Below are positions 27,527 to 42,684 of a stretch of DNA of 64,000 nt, one piece after another. Both the position numbers and the translations under genes were made by a program. The notes beneath the pieces were generated by a model. The model searched no databases. It was given only the letters and a program-made list of their open reading frames with translations, and had not been told where the DNA came from. Source of the DNA: an uncultured Verrucomicrobiae bacterium (GTDB lineage: Bacteria; Verrucomicrobiota; Verrucomicrobiia; Opitutales; JABDGR01); contig CAVXVB010000008.1 in assembly GCA_963765205.1 (NCBI GenBank), positions 256,001 to 320,000 on the forward strand, read 5' to 3'. Within the stretch, counting starts at the first letter, position 1; every line of letters starts with the position of its first letter.

Positions 27527-29188
27527 ATGACCGCCCTCCTCGCCCGCGCCAGAATTTGGACGGCGCTGGGCGTTTTGATGACGGCGTCGGTGCTGGCGGG
27601 GTGCGGGGCGCGGGAGACGCCGGTGGAGGTGGCCAACCGCGAGGGGATTTTGCTCATGGGCAACGGCGGCGACCCGTCGTCGCTGGACCCGCAGATCATC
27701 GAGACGCTGAATGACTCGCGCATCAGCATGGCGCTCTACGAGGGCCTGACCATTCCCGACCCGGTGACGCTCGAACCGCGGCCGGGCGTGGCCAAGAGCT
27801 GGGAATACGACGACAAGACGCTGACGTGGACGTTTCACCTGCGCGCGGAGGCGAAGTGGTCGAACAGCGACCCGGTGACGGCGGGCGATTTCGTGTTTTC
27901 GTTCCAGCGCATCCTCACCCCGGCGCTGGGCGCGGACTACGCGAACATGCTCTACGCGATCAAAAACGCCGAGGCGTTCAACAATGGAAACTTGAAGGAC
28001 TTCACGAAGGTCGGCGTGAAGGCGCTCGACGACCATACGCTGCAAATCCAGCTCGAACACCCGACGAGCTACTTCCTCGAATTGTGTTACCACCAGACCT
28101 TCCTGCCGGTGCATCCGCCAACGATCAAAAAGTTCGACGCGATGACGCGTCGCGACACGGGCTGGGACAAGGCCGGCTCGCTCGTTGGCAACGGGCCGTT
28201 CATGCTGACGAAATACGTGCTGGGCGAAGTGGTCGAGGTGAAGAAGAACCCGAACTATTGGGACGCCGCGCATGTGCGGCTCAATGGCGTCCGTTTTTTT
28301 CCGATTGCGGACAACAACGCCGAGGAACGCGCGTTCCGCAACGGGGCGCTGCACCTGACGAGCACGCTGCCGCCGCCACGCATTCCCGCCTACAAGGAAA
28401 CCCATTCGCCGTATTTGCGCGTCATGCCGGTTTACGGCGCTTACTTTTACACCATCAACACACGCAAGGAAAAAGGGGCGCTGAGCGACCCGCGCGTGCG
28501 CATGGCGATGGACCTGGCGCTGGACCGGCAGTCGCTGGTGGACCATGTGACGCGCGGCGGCCAGATTCCCGCGTATGCACTCACGCCGCCCTCGGCCGCC
28601 TATACGCCGCGCGCGCAATTACACGAGGACGTGGCCGCCGCGCAACGCCTGCTGGCCGAGGCCGGCTACCCCGGCGGCAAGGGCATCGCGCCGATTGAGC
28701 TGCTCTACAACACCTCCGACGCCCACCGCGCCGTCGCGGAGTATTTGCAGGAGTCGTGGAAGAAGAACCTGGGCCTGGACATACGCCTGGCCAACGTGGC
28801 CGCGCCCGCGTGGATGGACCGCCGCGGCAACGCGGATTACGACATCATTCGCGCCGGCTGGTATGCCGATTACCTCGACCCCTCGACCTTCCTCGAACTT
28901 TTTTCCAGCGACAACGACATGGAACAATCCGGCTGGAAGAACGCGGACTACGACAAGTTCATCCTCGCGGCGCGCAACGAAAACGACCCGGCGAAGCGCA
29001 TGGAGGACTTCCAGCAAGCCGAAGCCGTCCTGATGAAAGAGGTGCCGTTCATCCCGCTGTATTATTACACGACTATCTTTCTCATCCGCCCGGAAGTGCG
29101 CGGCTACGAGAACAACTTGCTGGACGAGCATATTTACCAGAACATTTATTTGGATCCGATCGCAACCACGCCGGAGCCGCAAAAATAG
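27527..29188 (+). CDS. oppA: Oligopeptide ABC transporter substrate-binding lipoprotein
   Basis: Lipobox LAGC, SLDP, TFHLR...WS...VTA.DFVFS, GWYADY.DP. Confidence 0.9.
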   Translation: MTALLARARIWTALGVLMTASVLAGCGARETPVEVANREGILLMGNGGDPSSLDPQIIETLNDSRISMALYEGLTIPDPVTLEPRPGVAKSWEYDDKTLTWTFHLRAEAKWSNSDPVTAGDFVFSFQRILTPALGADYANMLYAIKNAEAFNNGNLKDFTKVGVKALDDHTLQIQLEHPTSYFLELCYHQTFLPVHPPTIKKFDAMTRRDTGWDKAGSLVGNGPFMLTKYVLGEVVEVKKNPNYWDAAHVRLNGVRFFPIADNNAEERAFRNGALHLTSTLPPPRIPAYKETHSPYLRVMPVYGAYFYTINTRKEKGALSDPRVRMAMDLALDRQSLVDHVTRGGQIPAYALTPPSAAYTPRAQLHEDVAAAQRLLAEAGYPGGKGIAPIELLYNTSDAHRAVAEYLQESWKKNLGLDIRLANVAAPAWMDRRGNADYDIIRAGWYADYLDPSTFLELFSSDNDMEQSGWKNADYDKFILAARNENDPAKRMEDFQQAEAVLMKEVPFIPLYYYTTIFLIRPEVRGYENNLLDEHIYQNIYLDPIATTPEPQK

Positions 29189-29204
29189 AAACCCTCCACC
29201 CGCC

Positions 29205-30131
29205 ATGTCCCCCGTTCTGCGCCGCGCCTTAATGCGTTTCTTGGAAATCATCCCCGTGCTGTGGGTGGTGCTGACGATCACGTTTTTCCTGGTGCGGACG
29301 GTGCCGGGCGGGCCGTTTGACCGCGAGCGCAAGCTGACGCCGGAGGCGACCGCGCACAACAATGAATACTACGGGCTGGACCAGCCGCTCTACGTGCAAT
29401 ACGTGAAGTATATTTGGAATTTCGCGCATGGCGACCTGGGGCCGGTGTATGTCCACCCGGATTGGACGGTGAACGAATTGCTGGCGCAGAAGGTGCCGAT
29501 TTCGGCGGAGTTGGGCCTGTGGGCGACGCTGGTGGCGCTGGTGGTGGGCCTGGGCACGGGGGTGCTCGCGGCGGCGCGCCCGCGCTCGAAGACGGATTAC
29601 GGCTCGATGGCGGCGGCGATGGTTGCGATTTGCCTGCCGAGCTTTGTGCTGGGGCCGATTTTGCTTTTAATCTTCGGCCTGAAATTGCAATGGGTCAACG
29701 TGATGGGCTGGGACACGGCGGGCGACCGCGTGCTGCCGTCCATCGTGCTGGGGTTGTATTACGCGGCGTATGTGGCGCGGCTGACGCGCGGGAGCATGCT
29801 GGAGGTGCGCGCGCAGGACTTCATCCGCACCGCGCGGGCGAAGGGCAACGGGCCGCTGCGCGTGCTGCTGGTGCATGCGCTGCGCAACGCGCTCGGGCCG
29901 GTGGTGGCGTATCTGGCGCCGACGGTGGCCGGGTTGGTGACGGGGTCGTTCGTGGTCGAGTCCATTTTCCAGATTCCCGGCATCGGGCGGATGTTCGTCG
30001 AGGCAGCGTTGAGCCACGAATACCCGCTGCTCATCAGTATCACGGTGCTGTTCACTTTGGTTTTGCTCTTGTGCAACTGGATCGGCGACGTGCTGATCGC
30101 CCTCCTCAATCCGAAGGCCGCCGCTGAGTGA
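29205..30131 (+). CDS. oppB: Oligopeptide ABC permease
   Basis: PGGPF, FIRTARAKG and VVESIF.IPGIG. Confidence 0.9.
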   Translation: MSPVLRRALMRFLEIIPVLWVVLTITFFLVRTVPGGPFDRERKLTPEATAHNNEYYGLDQPLYVQYVKYIWNFAHGDLGPVYVHPDWTVNELLAQKVPISAELGLWATLVALVVGLGTGVLAAARPRSKTDYGSMAAAMVAICLPSFVLGPILLLIFGLKLQWVNVMGWDTAGDRVLPSIVLGLYYAAYVARLTRGSMLEVRAQDFIRTARAKGNGPLRVLLVHALRNALGPVVAYLAPTVAGLVTGSFVVESIFQIPGIGRMFVEAALSHEYPLLISITVLFTLVLLLCNWIGDVLIALLNPKAAAE

Positions 30132-30168
30132 AAAAAATCCAGCCGATTCGACTGCGGGCGGGTCCACC

Positions 30169-31098
30169 TTGTGGGGCGACGCCTGGCGGCGCTTTCGCCG
30201 GCACCGGCTCGCGTTCGGGAGTTTGGTGTTTCTCGGGTTGATGGCGCTGACGTGCCTCGTCGGGGTGGTGGGACTGGCTTTACGGGCGCGGTTTGGTTTC
30301 GGGTGGCCCTACGATTATTCGGAGCAAGACCTGGCGCTGGGCGCATCCATGTCCTCGGCCGCTCACTGGCTGGGGACGGATTTGCTGGGGCGCGATTTGC
30401 TCACGCGGCTGCTAGTCGGCGGGTTTGTGTCGCTCACGGTGGGTTTTCTCGCAACGGGAATGGTGGTGCTGATTGGCGTGACTTACGGCATGGTGGCCGG
30501 TTATGCGGGCGGGCGGCTCGACCGGTTCATGATGCGCGTGGTAGACATTTTATACGCGCTGCCCTTCACTGTTTTCATCATCATGCTGCTGGTGCTGCTG
30601 GACAAGCCGGTGCAGACGCTGCTGCAACATTTCGGCCATCCGAGTTGGGCGCCATTTATCAAACTGTGCCTGCTCTTCGCGGCCATTGGCGCGTTCGAGT
30701 GGCTGAACATGGCGCGCGTGGTGCGGGCGCGGACGCTCGAGCTGAAGTCGCTGGCGTTTGTCGAGGCGGCGCGGGCGCTGGGCCGGCGGCCGGGGCAGAT
30801 TTTGTGGCATCATTTGCTGCCGAACCTCGCCGGCATCATTGTTATCTACGCCTCGCTGAGCGTGCCGGCGGTGATCATGCTCGAATCGTTCATCAGCTTC
30901 CTCGGGCTGGGCGTGCAGCCGCCGCTGACCTCGTGGGGCGATTTGATCAACCAAGGCGCCTCGAACATGGAACTATATCCCTGGCTGCTGCTTTACCCGA
31001 GCCTGGCGTTCTCGCTCACGCTCTTCGCGCTGAACTTTGTCGGCGACGGCCTGCGCGACGCCCTCGACCCGCGGGCGGACAAGGGGGGCCTAGGGTAA
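30169..31098 (+). CDS. oppC: Oligopeptide ABC permease (true start may be slightly upstream)
   Basis: HWLGTD.LGRD, EAARALG, SFLGLGVQPP and GDGLRDALDP. Confidence 0.9.
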   Translation: MWGDAWRRFRRHRLAFGSLVFLGLMALTCLVGVVGLALRARFGFGWPYDYSEQDLALGASMSSAAHWLGTDLLGRDLLTRLLVGGFVSLTVGFLATGMVVLIGVTYGMVAGYAGGRLDRFMMRVVDILYALPFTVFIIMLLVLLDKPVQTLLQHFGHPSWAPFIKLCLLFAAIGAFEWLNMARVVRARTLELKSLAFVEAARALGRRPGQILWHHLLPNLAGIIVIYASLSVPAVIMLESFISFLGLGVQPPLTSWGDLINQGASNMELYPWLLLYPSLAFSLTLFALNFVGDGLRDALDPRADKGGLG

Positions 31099-31135
31099 GA
31101 CAAAGGGGAGCGAGTCAAGGACGTTGCGCTGCGAG

Positions 31136-32629
31136 CTACGGCAGCACCGTGGCGCCCATGAGGAAGCGGTCGGCTTCGCGGGCGGCGCCACGGCCTTCGT
31201 TGATGGCCCACACGACGAGGCTTTGGCCGCGGCGGCAATCGCCGGCGGCAAATACGCCGCGCACGCTCGTGGCGTATTTGCCGTGCTCGGCTTTCGCGTT
31301 CGTGCGCGGGTCGCGCTCGACTTTGAGCGCATCGAGTAACGGCTGTTCCGGCCCGAGGAAGCCCATCGCGAGGAGCACCAATTGCGCGGGGATGACGCGC
31401 TCGCTGCCTTTCACCATCTGGGGCCCAAATTGCCCGGCGTCGTTCTTTTTCCATTCGACGTTGACCAGTTCCAGCCCGTTGACGCGGCCGCCAGCATCGG
31501 CGGTAAATTTGGTGGCGGTGACGAGATACTGGCGCGGGTCGCCGCCAAATTTCGCAGCGGCTTCCTCCTGGCCATAGTCGAGCTTGTAAATTTTCGGCCA
31601 CTCGGGCCAGGGATTGTTGGGCGCACGCTCGAGCGGGGGGCGGGCCAGAATTTCCAGTTGCACAAGCGACTTGCAGCCGTGGCGCATGGCGGTGCCGACG
31701 CAGTCGGTGCCGGTGTCGCCACCGCCGATGACAACCACGTCCAACCCGCGCGCGTCAAGGGGTGGGCGGCTGGTGTCAGTGATGCCGTGGTCGAGGAGAA
31801 ACTTGGTGTTGGCGTGCAGATACTCCATCGCAAAATGCACGCCGGAGAAGTTGCGGCCCGGGATAGGCAGGTCGCGCGGCTTGGTTGCGCCAGTGCAGAG
31901 GACGACGGCGTCGAAGTCCTTGAGCAATTTTTCCGCGGCGTAGTTGACGCCGACTTCGACGTTGGTTTGGAAAACGACGCCCTCTTGCGCGAGCAAATCC
32001 ACACGACGCTGGACGACGGCCCGCTTGTCGAGCTTCATGTTGGGGATGCCATACATGAGCAGTCCGCCAATGCGGTCGGCGCGTTCGAAGACAGTGACGA
32101 GGTGGCCGGCGGAATTCAATTGCGCGGCGCAGGCCAGCCCGGCCGGCCCGGAGCCGATGACGGCGACTTTTTTGCCGGTGCGGTGCGCGGGGGGCTGCGG
32201 CACTATCCAACCCTCGTGCCAGCCTTTGTCGGCGATGGCGTTCTCGATGTTTTTAATGGTGACGGCCGGCTCGATGACGCCGAGCACGCAGGAGCCTTCG
32301 CAGGGCGCGGGGCAGACGCGGCCGGTAAACTCGGGAAAGTTATTGGTGTGATGCAGGCGTTCGAGGGCCTCAAGCCACTGGTTCTTGAAGACCAAATCAT
32401 TCCATTCGGGGATCAAGTTGTTGATCGGGCAGCCGGAGGCCATGCCGCTGATGAGCTGGCCGGTGTGGCAGAACGGGGTGCCGCAATCCATGCAGCGCGC
32501 GCCCTGGGTCTGGAGTTCCTTATCCTCGCGGTGAGGATGGAATTCGAGCCAGTCCTGGATGCGTTCGGCCGGCGAGCGGGCGGGGCCGTCATCGCGCTGA
32601 TAATCGAGAAATCCGGTTGTCTTACCCAT
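31136..32629 (-). CDS. gltD: Glutamate synthase small subunit
   Basis: [25 protein letters not shown] and GGGDTG. Confidence 0.97.
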   Translation of the reverse strand: MGKTTGFLDYQRDDGPARSPAERIQDWLEFHPHREDKELQTQGARCMDCGTPFCHTGQLISGMASGCPINNLIPEWNDLVFKNQWLEALERLHHTNNFPEFTGRVCPAPCEGSCVLGVIEPAVTIKNIENAIADKGWHEGWIVPQPPAHRTGKKVAVIGSGPAGLACAAQLNSAGHLVTVFERADRIGGLLMYGIPNMKLDKRAVVQRRVDLLAQEGVVFQTNVEVGVNYAAEKLLKDFDAVVLCTGATKPRDLPIPGRNFSGVHFAMEYLHANTKFLLDHGITDTSRPPLDARGLDVVVIGGGDTGTDCVGTAMRHGCKSLVQLEILARPPLERAPNNPWPEWPKIYKLDYGQEEAAAKFGGDPRQYLVTATKFTADAGGRVNGLELVNVEWKKNDAGQFGPQMVKGSERVIPAQLVLLAMGFLGPEQPLLDALKVERDPRTNAKAEHGKYATSVRGVFAAGDCRRGQSLVVWAINEGRGAAREADRFLMGATVLP

Positions 32630-32650
32630 GGGGTGTGGAGGAATTTTTTT

Positions 32651-32721
32651 ACCGCGAAGACGCGAAGGGCGCAAAGTTAATATGAATAAGCAAGGCTTTG
32701 CGCTCTTGGCGTCTTGGCGGT
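32651..32721. repeat. Nonamer-periodic inverted element between gltB and gltD
   Basis: Arms 32651-32676 and 32696-32721 are 23/26 complementary. Confidence 0.8.
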
Positions 32722-32728
32722 GAAGGAT

Positions 32729-37363
<4,635 letters not shown>

Positions 37364-37520
37364 GAAAAAGTGGATGGTAAACCCGAGCCGCGGCGGGCGA
37401 CGGCGGCTCTGAAAGAGCACCCCTCACCCGCGCGGCCCGCTAGATAAAGGCAGATTGTTTTTTCACGCAACGCTAAATCTAAGCATTTTTCGGGCCGAGT
37501 CGAAACGCGACTTGATGAGT

Positions 37521-37808
37521 TTATCGTCTGGCCTCCCAATCGGGTGCCTTTTGTTTGGCGTGCCGGACATAAAGTATTCTGATGGTTTCATAATTCACTT
37601 CTTAGGTGATGATATAGTTAAAGCGCGGCAAAAAGCCTTTTCGGATATTGCGGCCAATCAGCGGGGCGCTTTCTGGAAACTGCGCGATGCCTCGCGCCCA
37701 CGTTTCGAAGGAATCCAAAAACTCCGCTCCCAACCTGGCTTCGCGTTCCAAATACTGCGCTGTGGCAATCAGCTCTGCTCGGGCCAGGCGATGGAACGAA
37801 ACTTTCAT
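37521..37808 (-). pseudogene. RelE/ParE family toxin interrupted by an in-frame TAA
   Basis: RFNYIIT*EVNYETIRILYVRHAKQ; stop at 37602-37604 where the family usually has Tyr; frame continues to a stop at 37521. Confidence 0.75.
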
Positions 37809-37999
37809 TTTCGCAAGGCTTGGCGTGCATCCCGCAGGACCGCTTCCAGCGGCACGCCCGGATCGTTCTCCAAGTCCATTTGGAGCGAGCGCAAGGCGGA
37901 GACGGCGGCCAGCTCAACGTCCAGCAACCGCGAGGAAATCATCGCCGGCGAAAGAGCACGCCGGCGGCGGTTTGGCTTCGTAGGTTTGGCCAAGAGCAT
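37805..37999 (-). CDS. Putative antitoxin
   Basis: 64 aa, 4-nt overlap with the toxin, C-terminal GVPLEAV..ARQ. Confidence 0.55.
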   Translation of the reverse strand: MLLAKPTKPNRRRRALSPAMISSRLLDVELAAVSALRSLQMDLENDPGVPLEAVLRDARQALRK

Positions 38000-38155
38000 G
38001 ATTATAGTTTAAGACCCAACCGGGTGAGGTCAATCGCGGTTTTTGAGGGAGCCGTGGAACGAGCCGTCTGGGTCTGGCTTCAGCCGCCAATACATTTAAG
38101 ATTGAACGCAACAGGGAACGGTCCTGTTGATTTTTTATGAATTTCCCGGCAAATT

Positions 38156-40150
38156 TCAGGGGGTTCCGGAGGCGGTGTTTGGGCTGACGACTGAGGCGAC
38201 CTTCGAGAGCGTTTGCGTGAGGGCGTCGCGCTGGGGATCGGTGAGGTTCGCGGACTGGATGGCGTTGAGCGCGGCGGTCAAGTCCGCGCCCGCCCAACTA
38301 GTGAGCACGGTTTGAATCTGGCTGGCGCGCAGGTCGGGGTTGCTGAGGGTGTTGGCCCAAGTGAACGAACCAGACGGGTCTTTGACGGTTTGCGCGGCCA
38401 CCAATTGCTCGACGGATGCGTCGCGCTCGGCACCGGGGGGAAGGGTGTTAATCCAATTAGATAACGCTTGCGGGTCTTGTTTCGCCCAAGTGGTGGCGAC
38501 GGCGGTTGTGGCGCTCAATTGCGTGGCATCGGCGGGGAATTGACTGAGCATTGCGGCGGCCTGGGCGGGGTTTTGCTGGGCTTCGACGCCGACCAGATTG
38601 CCCATGACGGCTTCCGGATTGTCGGTGGCCGGCAAACTGGAGGCATCGTTCCACGCGGTGGTAAAATCAGTTTTGGCCACACCCACCAACACATTGCCGA
38701 GCGCCTGGCTCTTCGCGTCACTGTCGGGCAGGCTGTTCACCCAAGTTAGCGCGGCGGCGGGGTCGGAAGACGTCCAAGTCCCGGGCGGCGGGGTGTTAGC
38801 CGATGAGGGTCCCGATCCAGCCCAAGTCTGCGCGATGGCCGGCGCGAGCGAAAGATACAGCGACGGATCGGGAGAATTTTGGATATAAGCTGCGGCGGCC
38901 ACCGGATTGATGGTTGCCCAGGAACTGACCACGGAAACGAGCGTGCCATTGCGAGTGATGCTTCCGAAATCCGTCAAATTGGCGGCCCAGGCGAGGGCTG
39001 CCTGGGGGGCCTCCGCGCCCCATTTTGTAGCAAGGGCGGTGGTCTCCGACAGGCGAGTCAGCGGGTCGGCGATATTTCCCGCCAAGGTGGCAGCGAAGGC
39101 GGTATCTTCGTCGCCATTGGATAGACATTGAATGTAGGTATCAACTGTATCATTGTAGTCGGAACTCGGGGCCGTCTGCTTGAGCCAGTCCAGGGCCACC
39201 GCGGGATCCGCTGAGGGGCCTTTGAGATAATCGAAAAAAACCGTCCGAATGGCGGATGCGCGGGTGCTGCTGTCCAGAATTTTATCCACAACGGCGGTGT
39301 CAAGTTTTAGATCCGTGCCGCCAATTACTTCCAGCAAATCATCCCAAGGCGGGTTGTCGCTGGGTGGCAAACTCAGCATCCAATTGATGGCCGCCTGGGG
39401 GTTGTCGCCGGCCAAAGTCATGGCCACCGAGTCAATGGCATCCTCTCGGGCGCGGCCGGGAGGGAGCTGGGTGGCGGCGGCTTCCGCGTCAGCCGGGTGC
39501 AATTTTGCCAAAGCCCCCAATATGTCGCCATAATTTTGTGGATCAACATCCACGGAGGGAAGCTTGGCGAACTCGCTGATGGCCAGTTGCAAGTCGCCTC
39601 CATCCTTGGGGTCATTGTCTGCCAACTCGCTCAGGGACCGATTTATCAAATCCCGGCGCAATTCGCCATTTTCCACCTGCTTACTGAGTGACAGGGCCAG
39701 CGCAGGATTTTGAACATCACCCGGGGGCCCTAACAACGAGTTAATGAGCGCCTCCTGCAGCATGGTTTTTTTCCGGCTGTTGGGCAAATCGGAAATCATT
39801 TTGAACAGGGCGGTTTTATCGGCTGAGTTTATACGATATATAATGTTCTTGATTGCCTCTGCTTTATCGTCCTGCTTGAAATCTCCTGCCAGAATTTTAG
39901 TGATGCGATCCAGGGCTGCTTTAAGCGACAGCGGTGTGTTCCAATCCTCCGCCTGCCGCAGCGGGGCGGCTAGCGCGGCGGCGCCGGGAGCCGTCCAAGT
40001 CTTGGAGATTAAACGCTGCCAGGCGGCGGGGAAGACGCCCTCCCATTTCGCCAACGGCCCCGGCCAGCGGCCCAGCACATAGGCCACCGCCAGCGCGCCA
40101 GCCAAAAAGCCGAGGCGAACAGAAAAAAGGCGGGCTGGTATTTTCATCAT
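38156..40150 (-). CDS. Membrane-anchored helical-repeat protein, paralog A
   Basis: N-terminal TM helix; recurring W...DP.AA..W...LP repeats. Confidence 0.8.
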   Translation of the reverse strand: MMKIPARLFSVRLGFLAGALAVAYVLGRWPGPLAKWEGVFPAAWQRLISKTWTAPGAAALAAPLRQAEDWNTPLSLKAALDRITKILAGDFKQDDKAEAIKNIIYRINSADKTALFKMISDLPNSRKKTMLQEALINSLLGPPGDVQNPALALSLSKQVENGELRRDLINRSLSELADNDPKDGGDLQLAISEFAKLPSVDVDPQNYGDILGALAKLHPADAEAAATQLPPGRAREDAIDSVAMTLAGDNPQAAINWMLSLPPSDNPPWDDLLEVIGGTDLKLDTAVVDKILDSSTRASAIRTVFFDYLKGPSADPAVALDWLKQTAPSSDYNDTVDTYIQCLSNGDEDTAFAATLAGNIADPLTRLSETTALATKWGAEAPQAALAWAANLTDFGSITRNGTLVSVVSSWATINPVAAAAYIQNSPDPSLYLSLAPAIAQTWAGSGPSSANTPPPGTWTSSDPAAALTWVNSLPDSDAKSQALGNVLVGVAKTDFTTAWNDASSLPATDNPEAVMGNLVGVEAQQNPAQAAAMLSQFPADATQLSATTAVATTWAKQDPQALSNWINTLPPGAERDASVEQLVAAQTVKDPSGSFTWANTLSNPDLRASQIQTVLTSWAGADLTAALNAIQSANLTDPQRDALTQTLSKVASVVSPNTASGTP

Positions 40151-40152
40151 GG

Positions 40153-42457
40153 TTAGAGGCCGAAAGGGCCAACTGGAATCGGTGGCTTACCTGACGCCGC
40201 TCTGGCCGCATCAACTTTTTTGAAAACAGCGGCCTTGTCGGAGTCCGACAATTGATCAAATTCGCGAGCCTCAACCGAATAAAAACTGCCCACATCGAGT
40301 CCAAAATCCTCTCCGTTGGGGTCAGTGCTGATATAGGTGACAAATGCCGCTTGCAACTGGTCGGAACGGACTTGCGGATTGCTGATGGTGCTGGCCCAAG
40401 TCAAGGCGCTATCGGGGTTTGTTTGCATTTGAATGGGCAGCAATTGGGTAATGGCGGCGTCGCGTGCGTTGCCCGGCGGAAGCTGGTTGATTTCGGATGC
40501 CAACTGCACGGCTTGCACTTGGGCCGCCTGGGCTTGCGGATCGGCGATGCTGTTGGCCAAGGCCAGCGCGGCGGCGGGGTCGGCGGACATTTGTGCCGAG
40601 ACCAATTGGGCAGTCGCCGCATCGCGCTGCACACCTGGCGGCAGGCCATTGACCCATGTAGTGGCGGCTTGGGGATCATTCTGCGCCCAAGTCTGGACGA
40701 GCTTGGCTGTCGCTTCAGTTTGCGCGTTGGCATCGGTCAATTGCCCAATCAAGCCAGCGGCCTTGGCCGGGTCGTTATCGGTTTCATCGGAGATGAGGCC
40801 ACTCATGGCGGCGTCACGACTGCTGTCAGCCGGCAGGTTGAGGGCATCCTGCCAGGCGGTGGAAAAATCTGACTGGGCGATTGTGTTCAAAACTGTGCCG
40901 AGCGCCTTGTTCTTTTCCGCGCTGGCGGGCAGGCTTTGCGCGAAAGCCAGGGCGGCGGCGGGTTTCTCCTGCGCCAAATTGGTCGCGATACCTTCTGCCG
41001 CTTGGGAAAAAAGTGACGGGTCGGGAGAGTTTTGCACAAAGGCGGCGGCCGACTCCGGGTCCCACTCGATCCAGTTGCCAAAAATCGAATTCAACGCAAT
41101 TTTGAGTGCCGATGCGTCATTGGCAGGCAGTGCTTCCGCCCAAGTCAACGCGGCTTGGGGGTTGTCCTCGGCCCAACCCGAAATGATCCCATTCAGTGCG
41201 GCGGTGCGGGCCGCGGCGTCCGTGGCGGGCAGTGCTTGCGCCCAAGCCAGCGCGGCTTGGGGATCATCCTGCGCCAATTGGCCGACCACAGGAGCAATAA
41301 CGGAAGCACGCACGTCTGGCGCAGTTATTTTGTCCAACAAGCCGGCGACCATTGCTGGATCATCGTCATATTCGCTAAGGCTGGAAAAGACGGCTTGCAC
41401 CGCTTTGTCGTAAGTGTCGCCAGTGGCAACCTGATTGAGCCAATCGAGCGCGGTGCTGGCGCGGTCGAGGCTGGTGGTTTGGTCGCCAACATATTGATCA
41501 GTGGGGTCTTGATCAGGTCCATAAAAACTTCCGAAAGAAATCGTTTGCAGTTTATCGCCGCCGCCCGAGGCAACGACCATTTTACCCGCTATCTGCTCAA
41601 TGACCTCGTTGCGGGCCGCAGCGTCGCCAAGCTTGTCCAGATATTGCGCGGCCAATTGGGGTTGCGGGATGTCAAACAAACCTCCCGCGCCGACGTTCCA
41701 GCAAAGCCTGTTTGAGCACACCTGAATCCGTCGGCGGCAGGCCACCGGCCCAATCCAACATCGCATGAACGTCATGATAGGCCCAACCCTTTGCCACCCC
41801 GTCCAGGGCAGCAGTGCGATCCGGGCCGGCCGGCAGATTAAACGCTTCATCTGCCAAGGCCGGCGCGCTTTTGGCGTCGTCGGCGAGCGCCCGATAAAAG
41901 CTTTCGTAGTCGGCTTGTGACTGCGGTCCCGGCGGCAGTTTGGCTAATTCCTGCCGGGCCAAATCGGGGTCCTTCTTCGCGAGCGACGAAAAAATCTGTT
42001 CGGTAATTTGGTCGCGTGTCCTGGCATCGGCAATAAGCCCAACGAGGGAAAGCGCCGAGGCGGGGTCGTTGGCGACAAGGCCGCCACGAAAGAAGTCGAG
42101 GATAAGTTCGTCCCGTTGAGAACTGGGTGATAATTTTGCCAGTTGTTCCACCAGGAATGGCATGTCGGCATCATCAACAAACCTGTTTATGAGATCGTTC
42201 CAGATCGCGCTTGCCTCGTCACCTTTTTGCAAGCCATTCAGTGTTTTTTGCCATGCCTGATCGCGGGTCAGCTTGGGGGGTGGTTTGTCGGCCGCCTGCT
42301 CGGCCCGCGCTTCGTCGGCAAGTTTTTTGGCCGCGGCGTCCCCTGCCGCCGCCTCGTGCTGGGCAATCCGCTGCGACAGGCCGACGAGGTAAGCCGCAAC
42401 CAGCGCGCCGACGACAAAGCCGGCGCGCAGGACCACGCGGGGCAGGCGTGTCTTCAT
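40153..42457 (-). pseudogene. Membrane-anchored helical-repeat protein, paralog B, one frameshift near 41699
   Basis: Same repeat and N-terminus as paralog A; removing one G joins KQALL to NVGAGGLFD. Confidence 0.75.
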
Positions 42458-42526
42458 GGGGAAGTATCCTCCCTCGTTCCTAACGCCCGCGCAAGCCATT
42501 TGGCGGGGCAGGCGTGGCGCCTTTTC

Positions 42527-42599
42527 GTAGCGCTGAGCTTTAGCCAGCGCATTGGATTGTGAGCATCTCGAAGAAGCGCTGGCTGAGGCTCAGCGCTAC
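42527..42599. repeat. GTAG-family REP dimer (REPIN-like)
   Basis: gtagcgctgagctttagccagcgc with an inverted copy, 22/24. Confidence 0.8.
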
Positions 42600-42684
42600 A
42601 AAGCACAACAGCACCGAAAATACATCACATTCTGCCACCAACGAAGCTTGAATCTCCTCCGCAAGCAGACAAAATAAACCCCTC

